A stretch of DNA of 36,973 nucleotides from Oscillospiraceae bacterium (GTDB lineage: Bacteria; Bacillota; Clostridia; Oscillospirales; Ruminococcaceae), in contig JAGAEK010000066.1 of the NCBI GenBank assembly GCA_017828835.1, positions 1 through 36,973 on the forward strand. Direction: 5' to 3'. How positions within the stretch are numbered: position 1 is the first letter of the stretch; each line of letters begins with the position of its first letter. The notes below the pieces were generated by a model that did not search any database, was not told where the DNA came from, and saw only the letters and a list, made by a program, of their open reading frames with translations. The translations under genes and the position numbers were made by a program. This document shows positions 20,344 to 29,214 of this stretch, piece after piece.

Positions 20344-22917
20344 TTATTTTATAAAAAGTCCGTTTTCCGAGCGATCCACGGTTATAGTGTCGCCGGGAGA
20401 AAGAGTTCCGGAAAGTATCGCCCGGGAAATAAGAGTTTCAACGTTCGACTGCAAAAACCGTTTGAGCGGACGCGCGCCGAAAGATATGTCAAATGCGTTG
20501 TCGATAATATATTCTTTGGCTTGCGGCGTGAGCTGCAAAGAAAGCTGTTTATCGGACAGCCGCTTCGATATCGACGCCAGCTGAAGATCGAGTATGCTTT
20601 CGATATTCTCTTTCGTGAGCGGCTTATAAAGTACGATCTCGTCAAGACGGTTCAAAAATTCGGGGCGGAAAGAACGTCTCAAAAGTGCGTTCACTCCGTC
20701 TTTTGCCTGATCGGAGATACTGCCGTCCGGGAGTATGCCGTCAAGAATAATATCCGAGCCGAGATTCGAGGTCAGGATCAGGATAGTGTTCTTGAAATCC
20801 ACCGTTCTGCCTTGACCGTCGGTGATCCTGCCGTCGTCGAGCACCTGGAGAAGCACGTTGAAAATATCCGGGTGGGCTTTTTCGATCTCGTCAAACAACA
20901 CGACAGAATAGGGTTTGCGGCGGACCGCTTCGGTGAGCTGTCCTCCCTCGTCGTAGCCGACGTATCCGGGAGGCGCTCCGATAAGGCGGGACACCGAGTA
21001 TTTTTCCATATATTCCGACATATCTATACGTATTATGGATTTTTCATTGTCAAACAACGCTTCCGCAACGGCTTTTGCAAGTTCCGTCTTTCCGACGCCG
21101 GTCGGACCGAGAAACAAAAACGATCCGATCGGGCGGTTCGGATCCTGTATGCCCGCACGGGAACGAAGGATCGCGTCGGAAACGCGCTTTACGGCGTCGT
21201 CCTGACCGATGACCCGCTTATGCAGGATCTGTTCAAGAGACAACAGCTTCTCACGTTCGCTTTCCATAAGCTTTGACACCGGTATGCCGGTCCACCTTGA
21301 AACGACTTTCGAGATCTCGTCTTCCGTGACGCAATTACGCAGCAGCGGATTTTCGTCGTTTTTGCTGTCTTTTTCGAGTTCCTCGAGCTTTTTTTGAAGT
21401 TTCGGAAGCTCGCCGTACCTCAATTCAGCGGCTTTTGCAAGGTCGTAGTCGTTCTGCGCTTTTTCGATCATCGCACCGGTCTGTTCTATTTCCTCTCTGA
21501 GCTTTTGGATCGTTCCGATACTTTGTTTTTCTTTTTCCCATTTTGCCTTCATCGAAGCAAAGCTCTCTCTTGCTTCGGATAACTCGCTCTGCAATTCTTT
21601 GAGCCGCGCTTCGGAAATTTTATCGTTTTCACGTTTCAATGCGGCCTCTTCTATTTCAAGCTGCATTATACGGCGTGATTTTTCGTCCATTTCGGTAGGC
21701 ATCGAGTTCATTTCCGTTTTTATAAGCGAACACGCTTCATCAACAAGGTCTATCGCTTTGTCGGGAAGGAAACGGTCCGAGATATATCTTTCAGAAAGCG
21801 TTGCCGCGGCGATCAAAGCGGCATCGTGTATTTTCACGCCGTGGAACACCTCGTATCTTTCGCGGATACCGCGCAAAATCGAAATCGTATCCTCGACGGA
21901 AGGCTCGGGAACCGGTACCGGCTGGAACCGGCGTTCGAGTGCGGCGTCTTTTTCGATGTATTTACTGTATTCGTTCAAGGTAGTCGCGCCGATACAGTGA
22001 AGTTCTCCGCGTGCAAGCATCGGTTTGAGAAGGTTTCCCGCGTCCATCGCACCGTCCGTTTTGCCCGCTCCGACTATAGTATGAAGCTCGTCTATGAAAA
22101 GAATTATATTGCCGTTCGAGTTTTTGACGTCCTCCAGAACGGCTTTAAGACGTTCTTCAAATTCTCCGCGGTATTTCGCTCCGGCGACGAGAGCGCCCAT
22201 ATCCAAAGAAAAAATGGTTTTGTTCTTGAGGTTTTCGGGTACGTCGCCTTTTACGATCCTTATAGCGAGACCTTCCGTGATAGCGGTCTTTCCGACGCCG
22301 GGCTCACCTATAAGGCAGGGGTTGTTTTTGGTTTTTCGGGAGAGTATGCGTATAACGCTTCTGATTTCGTTTTCTCTGCCGATAACGGGGTCGAGTTTTT
22401 GTTTTCTCGCGAGTTCAACCAAGTCCTGACCGTATTTTTTCAAAGCGTTGTAGCTGTCTTCTGGCGCGTCGCTGTTTACCGTTCTCGAACCTCTGATGTT
22501 TTTCAGCGCACACAAGACGGCGGTCTCGTTCACCCCGCACTCTTTGAATATCTTCGCTACCGTCGGATCGGCTTTTTTGATAAGCCCGAGAATGAGATGC
22601 TCGACCGAAACAAACGAGTCGTGCATTTGGTCCGCTTCGGCTTCCGCTCTGTCGAAAACCGCGGCAAGCTCACGTGAAACATAGGGCGATCCGCCGGAAA
22701 CCTTCGGCAGAGAATTCAATTTTTCTTCGGTTTTCCTTATTATTGACGAATAATCCGAAGACGCCGAAAAGATTTCGGGTGCAAGTCCGTCTTTTTGAGT
22801 TAACAGCGCATAAAGCAGGTGTATCTGTTCGATACACTGATTTCCGTATTCGTTTGCGATCTCCTGGCAGGAATTTACCGCTTCCGCGCTTTTTTTGGTA
22901 TATTTATCGAAGTTCAT
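20344..22917 (-). CDS. clpB: ATP-dependent chaperone/disaggregase ClpB
   Basis: The 857-aa protein has a Clp N-domain and two AAA+ modules (GEPGVGKTAI, GPTGVGKTELAK). A long coiled-coil middle domain separates them, and the signature LDPVIGRENEIRSVIRILSR is present. Confidence 0.95.
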   Translation of the reverse strand: MNFDKYTKKSAEAVNSCQEIANEYGNQCIEQIHLLYALLTQKDGLAPEIFSASSDYSSIIRKTEEKLNSLPKVSGGSPYVSRELAAVFDRAEAEADQMHDSFVSVEHLILGLIKKADPTVAKIFKECGVNETAVLCALKNIRGSRTVNSDAPEDSYNALKKYGQDLVELARKQKLDPVIGRENEIRSVIRILSRKTKNNPCLIGEPGVGKTAITEGLAIRIVKGDVPENLKNKTIFSLDMGALVAGAKYRGEFEERLKAVLEDVKNSNGNIILFIDELHTIVGAGKTDGAMDAGNLLKPMLARGELHCIGATTLNEYSKYIEKDAALERRFQPVPVPEPSVEDTISILRGIRERYEVFHGVKIHDAALIAAATLSERYISDRFLPDKAIDLVDEACSLIKTEMNSMPTEMDEKSRRIMQLEIEEAALKRENDKISEARLKELQSELSEARESFASMKAKWEKEKQSIGTIQKLREEIEQTGAMIEKAQNDYDLAKAAELRYGELPKLQKKLEELEKDSKNDENPLLRNCVTEDEISKVVSRWTGIPVSKLMESEREKLLSLEQILHKRVIGQDDAVKRVSDAILRSRAGIQDPNRPIGSFLFLGPTGVGKTELAKAVAEALFDNEKSIIRIDMSEYMEKYSVSRLIGAPPGYVGYDEGGQLTEAVRRKPYSVVLFDEIEKAHPDIFNVLLQVLDDGRITDGQGRTVDFKNTILILTSNLGSDIILDGILPDGSISDQAKDGVNALLRRSFRPEFLNRLDEIVLYKPLTKENIESILDLQLASISKRLSDKQLSLQLTPQAKEYIIDNAFDISFGARPLKRFLQSNVETLISRAILSGTLSPGDTITVDRSENGLFIK

Positions 22918-23006
22918 ATCAGAACCTCCTTTTTACGTTTTTGTAAAGTAAGTATAGGCGATAAATATGAATTTTTGTAATGCATTTTATTTCCTTTTTG
23001 TTAATA

Positions 23007-23033
23007 TTAGCACTCTTTATATTAGATTGCTAA
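23007..23033. promoter_or_regulatory. CIRCE (HrcA operator) inverted repeat upstream of clpB
   Basis: The sequence is TTAGCACTC-tttatatta-GATTGCTAA. Against the consensus TTAGCACTC-N9-GAGTGCTAA it has one mismatch. It lies 90-116 nt upstream of the clpB ATG. Confidence 0.7.
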
Positions 23034-23043
23034 TATTCCCAAA

Positions 23044-23072
23044 TTGACAGCGCCGCATTAAGAAGGTATAAT
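23044..23072 (+). promoter_or_regulatory. Consensus sigma-A promoter for the VanW-family gene
   Basis: TTGACA (23044-23049), exactly 17 nt, then TATAAT (23067-23072). It is followed by AAAGGAGGG and the GTG start at 23104. Confidence 0.65.
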
Positions 23073-23103
23073 TTTCTCAGATCAAAAGGAGGGCGATTTT
23101 TCA

Positions 23104-23937
23104 GTGACAAAAGAGAAAAAGAAAAGAAAACTGTTTTGTCAGATCTCTCCGCTGACTTATGAAATTTCGAAAAAAAGATGCTGTGTAAACAGAGATATCA
23201 GCGACTTTTTCAGCCGCAGCAGATTTGCGAAAACAAAATCGGAAGAACCGCTTCCGGTATCTGTCATAAAACATAAATCCCTGATCCGCCGCAAGCTCGG
23301 GAACGTAAGGATGGATCTGCAGGAAAATAAAGCCGTCAATCTGTCGATCGCGGCGCCTAAAGTGAACGGTATACTTATAAAACCGGGCGAAACTTTTTCT
23401 TTTTGGAGGCTCGTCGGGGACGCTACCGCCGAAAAAGGGTATCTTAACGGAGTCGTGATCTCCTCCGGCAAAGTACTTGAAGGCATCGGAGGCGGTATGT
23501 GTCAATTCACGAACTTGATACACTGGATGATCCTGCATACCCCGATGAAGATAACCGAACACCATCACCATGATTCTATGGATCTTTTTCCGGATTTTAA
23601 CCGACAGATCCCGTTCGGTACGGGAACGTCGATAATGTATAATTATCTGGATTACCGTTTTTGCAACACCACCGACAACACCTATCAGCTTCTTTGTTAT
23701 ACGACGGACACTTACCTTTGCGGCGAGCTTCGCGCGGTAAAGCCGCAGGATTACGTTTACCATATTTTTACCGAAGGCGAGAGATTTGAAGAGGAAGACG
23801 GCGTCGTTTACCGTTTGGGCAGGGTCTACAGAAAAACGGTTGACAGAGTTACCGGAAACACCGTCGAACAAACGCTTGTCCGGGACAACCGCGCCAAGGT
23901 CATGTACGATTTGAAATATACAACGCTGAATAAATAA
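23104..23937 (+). CDS. VanW-family protein
   Basis: It carries the VanW core motifs PGETFSFW....G......GY and GIGGGMCQFTNLIHW. The start is GTG, downstream of GGAGG. Confidence 0.85.
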   Translation: MTKEKKKRKLFCQISPLTYEISKKRCCVNRDISDFFSRSRFAKTKSEEPLPVSVIKHKSLIRRKLGNVRMDLQENKAVNLSIAAPKVNGILIKPGETFSFWRLVGDATAEKGYLNGVVISSGKVLEGIGGGMCQFTNLIHWMILHTPMKITEHHHHDSMDLFPDFNRQIPFGTGTSIMYNYLDYRFCNTTDNTYQLLCYTTDTYLCGELRAVKPQDYVYHIFTEGERFEEEDGVVYRLGRVYRKTVDRVTGNTVEQTLVRDNRAKVMYDLKYTTLNK

Positions 23938-23947
23938 CGAGTATAAT

Positions 23948-23985
23948 AAAAACGCTCACAGTCTTAAACTGTAAGCGTTTTTAAA
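23948..23985. terminator. Bidirectional rho-independent terminator between the VanW-family and AraC-family genes
   Basis: The stem aaacgctcacag / ctgtaagcgttt (one mismatch) is flanked by A-rich and T-rich tracts. Confidence 0.65.
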
Positions 23986-23992
23986 TTTCTTA

Positions 23993-24820
23993 TTATTTTG
24001 AATTTTTCGGAAGAACGGAATTTTTGTAAGCGGACGGAGTGATACCCTCGAGCTTTTTGAAAAGTTTTGAAAAATAATAAACGTCGTTTATTCCGACCGA
24101 ATACGCTGCCGATTTCAGCGGCTCTCCGTTTGCGATAAGCGTTTTCGCTTTCTCAATCCTCTGTTTGAGGATATACTTTTCCGGGGATATGCCGAATTTG
24201 TCTTTGAACAATCTGTAGACGCGGCTTCTGTCGACACCGAGATACTCAGAAATCTCAGACACCGATATCCCTTCAGCGCAGTGAAAATCGATAAACGCAA
24301 CGGCACCGTCTATTTGACGGTTGAATTTTTTGCCGCCGCCGTTTCCGGCGGACTCTTCGATCGCGCTGAAACACTCCATAACGCATCCCTCGAAATACGC
24401 CGCCGTGGGATTTTCTTTTTTGTCAACACAGCGCTCGAGTATTTCTTTTATCTTGTTTTCAAATATATTGTTATTTACGGTCACTTTCAGGTCGTCTTTA
24501 TCTATGCCGGCTTTTTCGAGGTGCTTTTCGACGAAATCCCCCGTGAAACATATCCAGCAAAAAGTCCAGGGGTCGTCCGGATCGGAATAGTAAAGTGCGG
24601 CGTCTCTCGGAAGGATAATAAACGCGTCGTTTGCCGAAAGAGAATACTTTTTCCCTCTGACCTCGTAATATCCCCTCCCGTTCAAAACCTTGTGTATTAT
24701 ATACGGGTACCTTGCGTAAGGCCCGCAAGAAAAGTTTTTATCACAGTTCAAATACCCGCAGCCGCAAAACCGCCAGTTCGAGTCCTCGTCGAAATGACTT
24801 GCCCAATATTCTTTCCTCAT
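23993..24820 (-). CDS. AraC-family transcriptional regulator (cupin-like sensor domain plus HTH)
   Basis: The C-terminal double HTH (ISVSEISEYLGVDRSRVYRLFKDKFGISPEKYILKQRIEKAKTLI....L..AAYSVGINDVYYFSKLFKK..GITPSAY) is typical of AraC/XylS. The N-terminus resembles an AraC-type ligand-binding cupin. I prefer the ATG at 24820 (TTGAGGT 6 nt upstream) over the ATG at 24838. Confidence 0.88.
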   Translation of the reverse strand: MRKEYWASHFDEDSNWRFCGCGYLNCDKNFSCGPYARYPYIIHKVLNGRGYYEVRGKKYSLSANDAFIILPRDAALYYSDPDDPWTFCWICFTGDFVEKHLEKAGIDKDDLKVTVNNNIFENKIKEILERCVDKKENPTAAYFEGCVMECFSAIEESAGNGGGKKFNRQIDGAVAFIDFHCAEGISVSEISEYLGVDRSRVYRLFKDKFGISPEKYILKQRIEKAKTLIANGEPLKSAAYSVGINDVYYFSKLFKKLEGITPSAYKNSVLPKNSK

Positions 24821-24909
24821 AATGAACCTCAACTCCATTCCCTGCTGTCAATATAACAAATATCATGGTAAAAGTCAACAATAATACAAAACAAATCATC
24901 AATTCGCCA

Positions 24910-24938
24910 TTGAGAGATGCCGATAAAATCAGTATTAT
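24910..24938 (+). promoter_or_regulatory. Candidate sigma-A promoter of the glycyl-radical-enzyme operon
   Basis: TTGAGA (24910-24915), a 17-nt spacer and TATTAT (24933-24938), in the 145-bp divergent region shared with the AraC gene. Confidence 0.4.
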
Positions 24939-24965
24939 TGTAATAGAAGAAGATTATTATACGGG

Positions 24966-26951
24966 GTGATAACGACGTTAAACAATATATCGCAACAATT
25001 TTACAATGTCGGAGAAATCTTTGCGGGAGCGATGTTCGAAAATGAAGACCTCCCGATCTTCGACCGTATGTCTCACGCTTATGCGGAATACTGGAGCCGC
25101 AAGGTGCTTCCCGCTTACAACGGCGGGAAATTATACCCCTGCGGTCCGCTGGGAGAACCCGATTACGCAGTAACTCCGAGCGCGTCATACGTATATACCG
25201 TTGACAAAGAACGCCTGGACAAAAAAGATCCTGCGCTTTTCGGGTATCTTATAGACGAGTTCGCCGGTTCGTCCTGCGGATATACGATCCACTCAGTCGC
25301 CGGGTTCGGTTTCACTCATTCGCTGCCCCACTACGGAAGGATCGCAAAAGAGGGCTTTGATTCTTATTATGAAAGGATACAAAGAAAAAACGGCGAACTG
25401 AAAAACGGACTTTCGGAATTATTAGACGGAATCAGGAAATTCCGCGGACGCTGTATCGATAAGCTGATAAAAGAAAACGCGGATGAAGAGCTTATAGCGG
25501 CTCTTAAAAAGGTTCCGTTCAGACCGGCGGAAAACATATACGAAGCAATAGTATGCATGAATTTCATTTATTACCTTGATTGCTGCGACAACGTCGGACG
25601 TCTGGATACGGACCTGCTTCCTTTCTGGAAAGGCGAGGATATCGTCGGGCTTTTGGAGGAATTTTTCAAAAACGTCGATGAAACCGAAGGTTATTCGTCG
25701 TCGATCGGTCCGGACTACAATCCTCTGACGCTGCAATGTCTTAAAGCGATAAAAGGCAAAAGGCGTCCGCAGATAGAATTGAGGATCCGTCCAGATATGC
25801 CGAAAGAACTTTGGGACGCGGCGATAGCGTCTCTTGCCGAGGGTTGCTCCAACCCGTCTTTGTATAACGATCCGTTATACGAGCAATCGTTCAAAAAAAG
25901 ATTTCCCGATCTGCCCCATGAGGATTTTCTGCGGTTTTGCGGCGTCGGATGTACCGAAAGTACGCTTGCGGGCCTTACGAACGCAGGTTCTCTTGACGCC
26001 GGTATACACACTCCTGAGATTTTTTCGGTATATATGCGGGAAAATCTCGGAAAATGCAGCTCGTTCGAGGAATTTTACAACGGCTTCATCGCAAAATACA
26101 AATCCGAGCTTGAGGACGTTGTTGACCGTCTGCGCGAATATCACACCCTCAGAGCAAAATGCAGGCCGCACCCGATGAGAACGCTCGTTGTCGACGACTG
26201 TATCGATAAAGACAAGGATTTCAACAACGGCGGCGCGAGATACTCCTGGAGCGTTATAAACTTTGCGGGACTCGTGAACGTTTTTGAAGATATGCTCGCG
26301 GTCAAAGAGCTTATATTTGACAAAAAACTGTTTTCGGCGGAAAGATTCATCAAAGGTCTCGACGACGAGGACCCCGAAATATTCAACGCTTGCAAACGCT
26401 GCAAGCATTACGGAGTCGACGACGACGAAGCGGATTCGCTCGCCGCAAGGATACTCGGAGATCTTTTGGATGAACTTGACAAACACAGGACCTGCTTCGG
26501 CGGACAATTCCTGCCCGCGTCGATCCAATTCAACACCTGCGTCTGGGCGGGTAGAACCGTTCTTGCGACGCCGGACGGAAGAAAACGCGGTACCTCTCTT
26601 GCGGATTCTCTCTCTGCAATACACGGAAACGACACCGACGGTATAACCGCGATGCTCAACAGCGTTGCAAAACTGCCGCTTTGGAGAATGACCGGGACGC
26701 CCGTGCTGAACGTAAGACTTGAAAAGACGTTCATGAAAAACAACCTTCCTGCGATAGTGAGCGGATTTTTCGCAAACGGCGGTATGCAGATGCAGATAAC
26801 CTGCCTCAACCGCGAAGATATGCTCGACGCGCAGGAGCATCCCGAAAACCACGGCAATCTCGTGGTAAAGGTCGGCGGATATTCGGATTATTTCGTGCGT
26901 CTGCCGAGAGACCTTCAAAATCAAATCATTTCAAGGACTGAATTTGTATGA
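24966..26951 (+). CDS. Glycyl-radical enzyme (PFL-like superfamily), unusually short, substrate unknown
   Basis: The C-terminal glycyl-radical fingerprint VVKVGGYSDYFVRLPRDLQNQIISRTEF matches (R)V.G(Y)x6Lx4Qx2Ix2R. The radical Gly codon is at 26877-26879. The catalytic Cys loop FCGVGCTES has Cys at 25950-25952 and Glu at 25956-25958. The motifs ATPDGRKRGTSLADS and NNGGARYSW are GRE-typical. The start is uncertain: GTG at 24966 has no SD, and ATG at 25032 lies only 2 nt after GGGAG. An in-frame stop upstream caps the length at 661 aa. Confidence 0.9.
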   Translation: MITTLNNISQQFYNVGEIFAGAMFENEDLPIFDRMSHAYAEYWSRKVLPAYNGGKLYPCGPLGEPDYAVTPSASYVYTVDKERLDKKDPALFGYLIDEFAGSSCGYTIHSVAGFGFTHSLPHYGRIAKEGFDSYYERIQRKNGELKNGLSELLDGIRKFRGRCIDKLIKENADEELIAALKKVPFRPAENIYEAIVCMNFIYYLDCCDNVGRLDTDLLPFWKGEDIVGLLEEFFKNVDETEGYSSSIGPDYNPLTLQCLKAIKGKRRPQIELRIRPDMPKELWDAAIASLAEGCSNPSLYNDPLYEQSFKKRFPDLPHEDFLRFCGVGCTESTLAGLTNAGSLDAGIHTPEIFSVYMRENLGKCSSFEEFYNGFIAKYKSELEDVVDRLREYHTLRAKCRPHPMRTLVVDDCIDKDKDFNNGGARYSWSVINFAGLVNVFEDMLAVKELIFDKKLFSAERFIKGLDDEDPEIFNACKRCKHYGVDDDEADSLAARILGDLLDELDKHRTCFGGQFLPASIQFNTCVWAGRTVLATPDGRKRGTSLADSLSAIHGNDTDGITAMLNSVAKLPLWRMTGTPVLNVRLEKTFMKNNLPAIVSGFFANGGMQMQITCLNREDMLDAQEHPENHGNLVVKVGGYSDYFVRLPRDLQNQIISRTEFV

Positions 26952-27835
26952 TGATTTTCGATATAAAACGCGCGTCGGCATCCGACGGACCGGGACTGAG
27001 ATCTGTCGTCTTCTTCAAAGGGTGTCCGCTGCGCTGCGCCTGGTGCCACAATCCGGAATCGTATTCCGCATCGCCTCAGCTGTCTTACGCAGAAGAAAAG
27101 TGCGTTTCCTGCGGAAAATGTTCTCAAATTTGCGAACACGGCTGCCACGAGATCAAAAACGGAGCACATATTTATTCGTCCGAAAAATGTGTTCTTTGCG
27201 GAAAATGCGCAGAAGAGTGCCCGACGAAAGCGCTGAAACTCTACGGAGAAGAAATTTCGGTCGATCGGGTGTTTTCAAAACTTCTGCGGGACAAAGCGTA
27301 TTACGTTTTCGGCGGAGGCGTTACCTTTTCGGGCGGAGAGCCGATGTCGCAGTTTGAAGAAGCTCTCGAGCTGGCGAAAAAGCTTTATGAAGCCGGCGTT
27401 TCGGTATGTATGGAGAGCTGCGGCTACGGAAATACGGAGGATTTTCTTGAGATCGCAAAATATATCGACTTCTTTCTGTTCGACGTCAAATGCGTGAAAG
27501 AGCTCCATAAACGCTGCACCGGAGTTGAAAACGACCTGATAATCAAAAATCTCCACGCATTGAGCGATGCCGGAGCGAAAATAATATTGCGCTGCCCGAT
27601 AATCCCCGGCGTCAACGATAATAAGGAACACCTCGAATATCTCGCGTCGCTTTCAAAATTGAGCGGAGTCAAAGAAATAAACCTTGAGCCGTATCATCCG
27701 ATCGGAATATCAAAGAGAAAAATACTCGGTATGCCGGTCGAATACGGCAACCCCGAGTTTGCAGACAAAACCGAGATCGAAAACCTAAAGAAACAATTAT
27801 CCGTACTTACGGATAAAGATATAAAAATTATTTAA
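26948..27835 (+). CDS. Glycyl-radical-enzyme activating protein (radical SAM, with two auxiliary ferredoxin-like clusters)
   Basis: The N-terminus DGPGLRSVVFFKGCPLRCAWCHNPE carries the CX3CX2C radical-SAM motif. It is followed by CVSCGKCSQICEHGC and CVLCGKCAEECP (two 4Fe-4S ferredoxin motifs) and the SAM-binding GGVTFSGGEP. The start overlaps the GRE stop (ATGA). Confidence 0.93.
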   Translation: MMIFDIKRASASDGPGLRSVVFFKGCPLRCAWCHNPESYSASPQLSYAEEKCVSCGKCSQICEHGCHEIKNGAHIYSSEKCVLCGKCAEECPTKALKLYGEEISVDRVFSKLLRDKAYYVFGGGVTFSGGEPMSQFEEALELAKKLYEAGVSVCMESCGYGNTEDFLEIAKYIDFFLFDVKCVKELHKRCTGVENDLIIKNLHALSDAGAKIILRCPIIPGVNDNKEHLEYLASLSKLSGVKEINLEPYHPIGISKRKILGMPVEYGNPEFADKTEIENLKKQLSVLTDKDIKII

Positions 27836-27854
27836 TAAAAAGGAGATGTTTGGT

Positions 27855-29189
27855 ATGTTAAAAAAGGTATTCGCAGCAGCGCTTGCGGTACTGATGGTGA
27901 TCCTCTGCTTTGCCGCTTGCGGCAAGGGCGGCGAATCGTCGAACCCTCAGGAATCGTCAAAACAGGAAAGCAACTATCCTTCGGGATTCGCTTTTGACGA
28001 AACAAGTTTTAAAGGCAAAAAACTTCAGTGGTGGAATCACTGGGACACCGTTGACACAAAGGGTCATATCGCCGAGTTTGAAAACGCAACCGGTACAAAG
28101 ATCGAATACAGCACTCTTTCCGGCGGCGGCGGAACGGAATACGCCGCACAGCTCAGCTCTGCAATAACCGCAGGAACGGGACCCGATATCGCCGTCGTTT
28201 ACGACTGGGCCGTCCCCAGCTGGACTAAAAAAGGATTGCTTGTACCTCTCGACGAAGTCATGAACCTTTCCGACGAAATATATAAAGATAAAATAAGCGA
28301 TGCAATGCTCAATTTCTTCGCATATAACGGCAAATCTTACGTGATTGCGACAAACGAGGTTTCTTGTTATTATCTTATCTACCGCAAAGATCTGATCGAA
28401 GAGGCAGGCCTTGACGATCCTTATGAGTTATGGAAAAATAAAGAATGGAACTATACGAAGTTCAATGAATATCTTGCCGCTCTGACTTATGACAGCGACG
28501 ACGACGGCGTTATCGATATGTTCGGTCTCACCGGATATACCGACGAGGGATGGCTCGGAACGGTCGAAAACGGCAACTACGTCAGATGGACCGAGGATGG
28601 TACCCCGAAATTTGCTCTCACCGATCCAGATCTTATCGCGGCGCTGACCGAAGCTCACGTCGTCGGAACAAACGGCTGGATAAGAAACGATGTTTTGCCG
28701 CTCGACGAGTTCCTCAGCGGAAAATTCGCGTTTTTGTTCAGCGCTCAGTGGGATTGGGAGAAAGCGATCGATACTTTCGGAATCGAAAAAATCGGATTTG
28801 TCCAGATGCCTTATGCGGAAGGGGTCAATGAATCAAAGGTAGTTTTGAACAGGACCAACGCATCGGGGTATGCGTTTACCCAAAATATCGACGAACCGGG
28901 ACTTGCCGAACATTATATAAAATACGCGATGTTCTGGGACAGAGCGGACCGCAACCTCGACGCTAAGCCGGAAAACTCGCCTACATTCGGCGGAAGCCGT
29001 GAGTTTTATGAATTCCACAGGCAGATGCAAAAACTCACGTTCGCTCCAAACGCCGGATCTTTCGGAGTTTTGTATAACGTAATAGCGTCTAAGATACTTT
29101 GGAACTATACCGACACTGTAGCAAATCTTGTTCAGAGCGCTCAGCCGGCAGCGCAAGCTTTGATCGACGAGGTGTTCTACGAAGACTGA
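27855..29189 (+). CDS. Extracellular solute-binding lipoprotein (carbohydrate-type ABC substrate-binding protein family)
   Basis: The signal peptide MLKKVFAAALAVLMVILCFAAC carries a lipobox and is followed by an S/E/Q-rich linker. The size (about 445 aa) and motifs (GPDIAVVYDWAVPSWTKKGLLVPLDE, YNGKSYVIA) are typical of family-1 sugar-binding proteins. The ATG at 27855 is 9 nt after GGAG. Confidence 0.88.
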   Translation: MLKKVFAAALAVLMVILCFAACGKGGESSNPQESSKQESNYPSGFAFDETSFKGKKLQWWNHWDTVDTKGHIAEFENATGTKIEYSTLSGGGGTEYAAQLSSAITAGTGPDIAVVYDWAVPSWTKKGLLVPLDEVMNLSDEIYKDKISDAMLNFFAYNGKSYVIATNEVSCYYLIYRKDLIEEAGLDDPYELWKNKEWNYTKFNEYLAALTYDSDDDGVIDMFGLTGYTDEGWLGTVENGNYVRWTEDGTPKFALTDPDLIAALTEAHVVGTNGWIRNDVLPLDEFLSGKFAFLFSAQWDWEKAIDTFGIEKIGFVQMPYAEGVNESKVVLNRTNASGYAFTQNIDEPGLAEHYIKYAMFWDRADRNLDAKPENSPTFGGSREFYEFHRQMQKLTFAPNAGSFGVLYNVIASKILWNYTDTVANLVQSAQPAAQALIDEVFYED

Positions 29190-29214
29190 TTTTCCCGGAG
29201 GGAGAAGATCTTTT

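Noticed and set aside
20521-22677. Plus-strand ORFs of 251 and 283 aa inside clpB, plus similar antisense ORFs in the GRE (25875..26924), VanW (23101..23871), GH-like (29317..30033, 30313..30867), SBP (28833..29414) and feoB genes
   Set aside because: All are antisense to genes with unambiguous family motifs. They lack an RBS and show no recognisable protein features.
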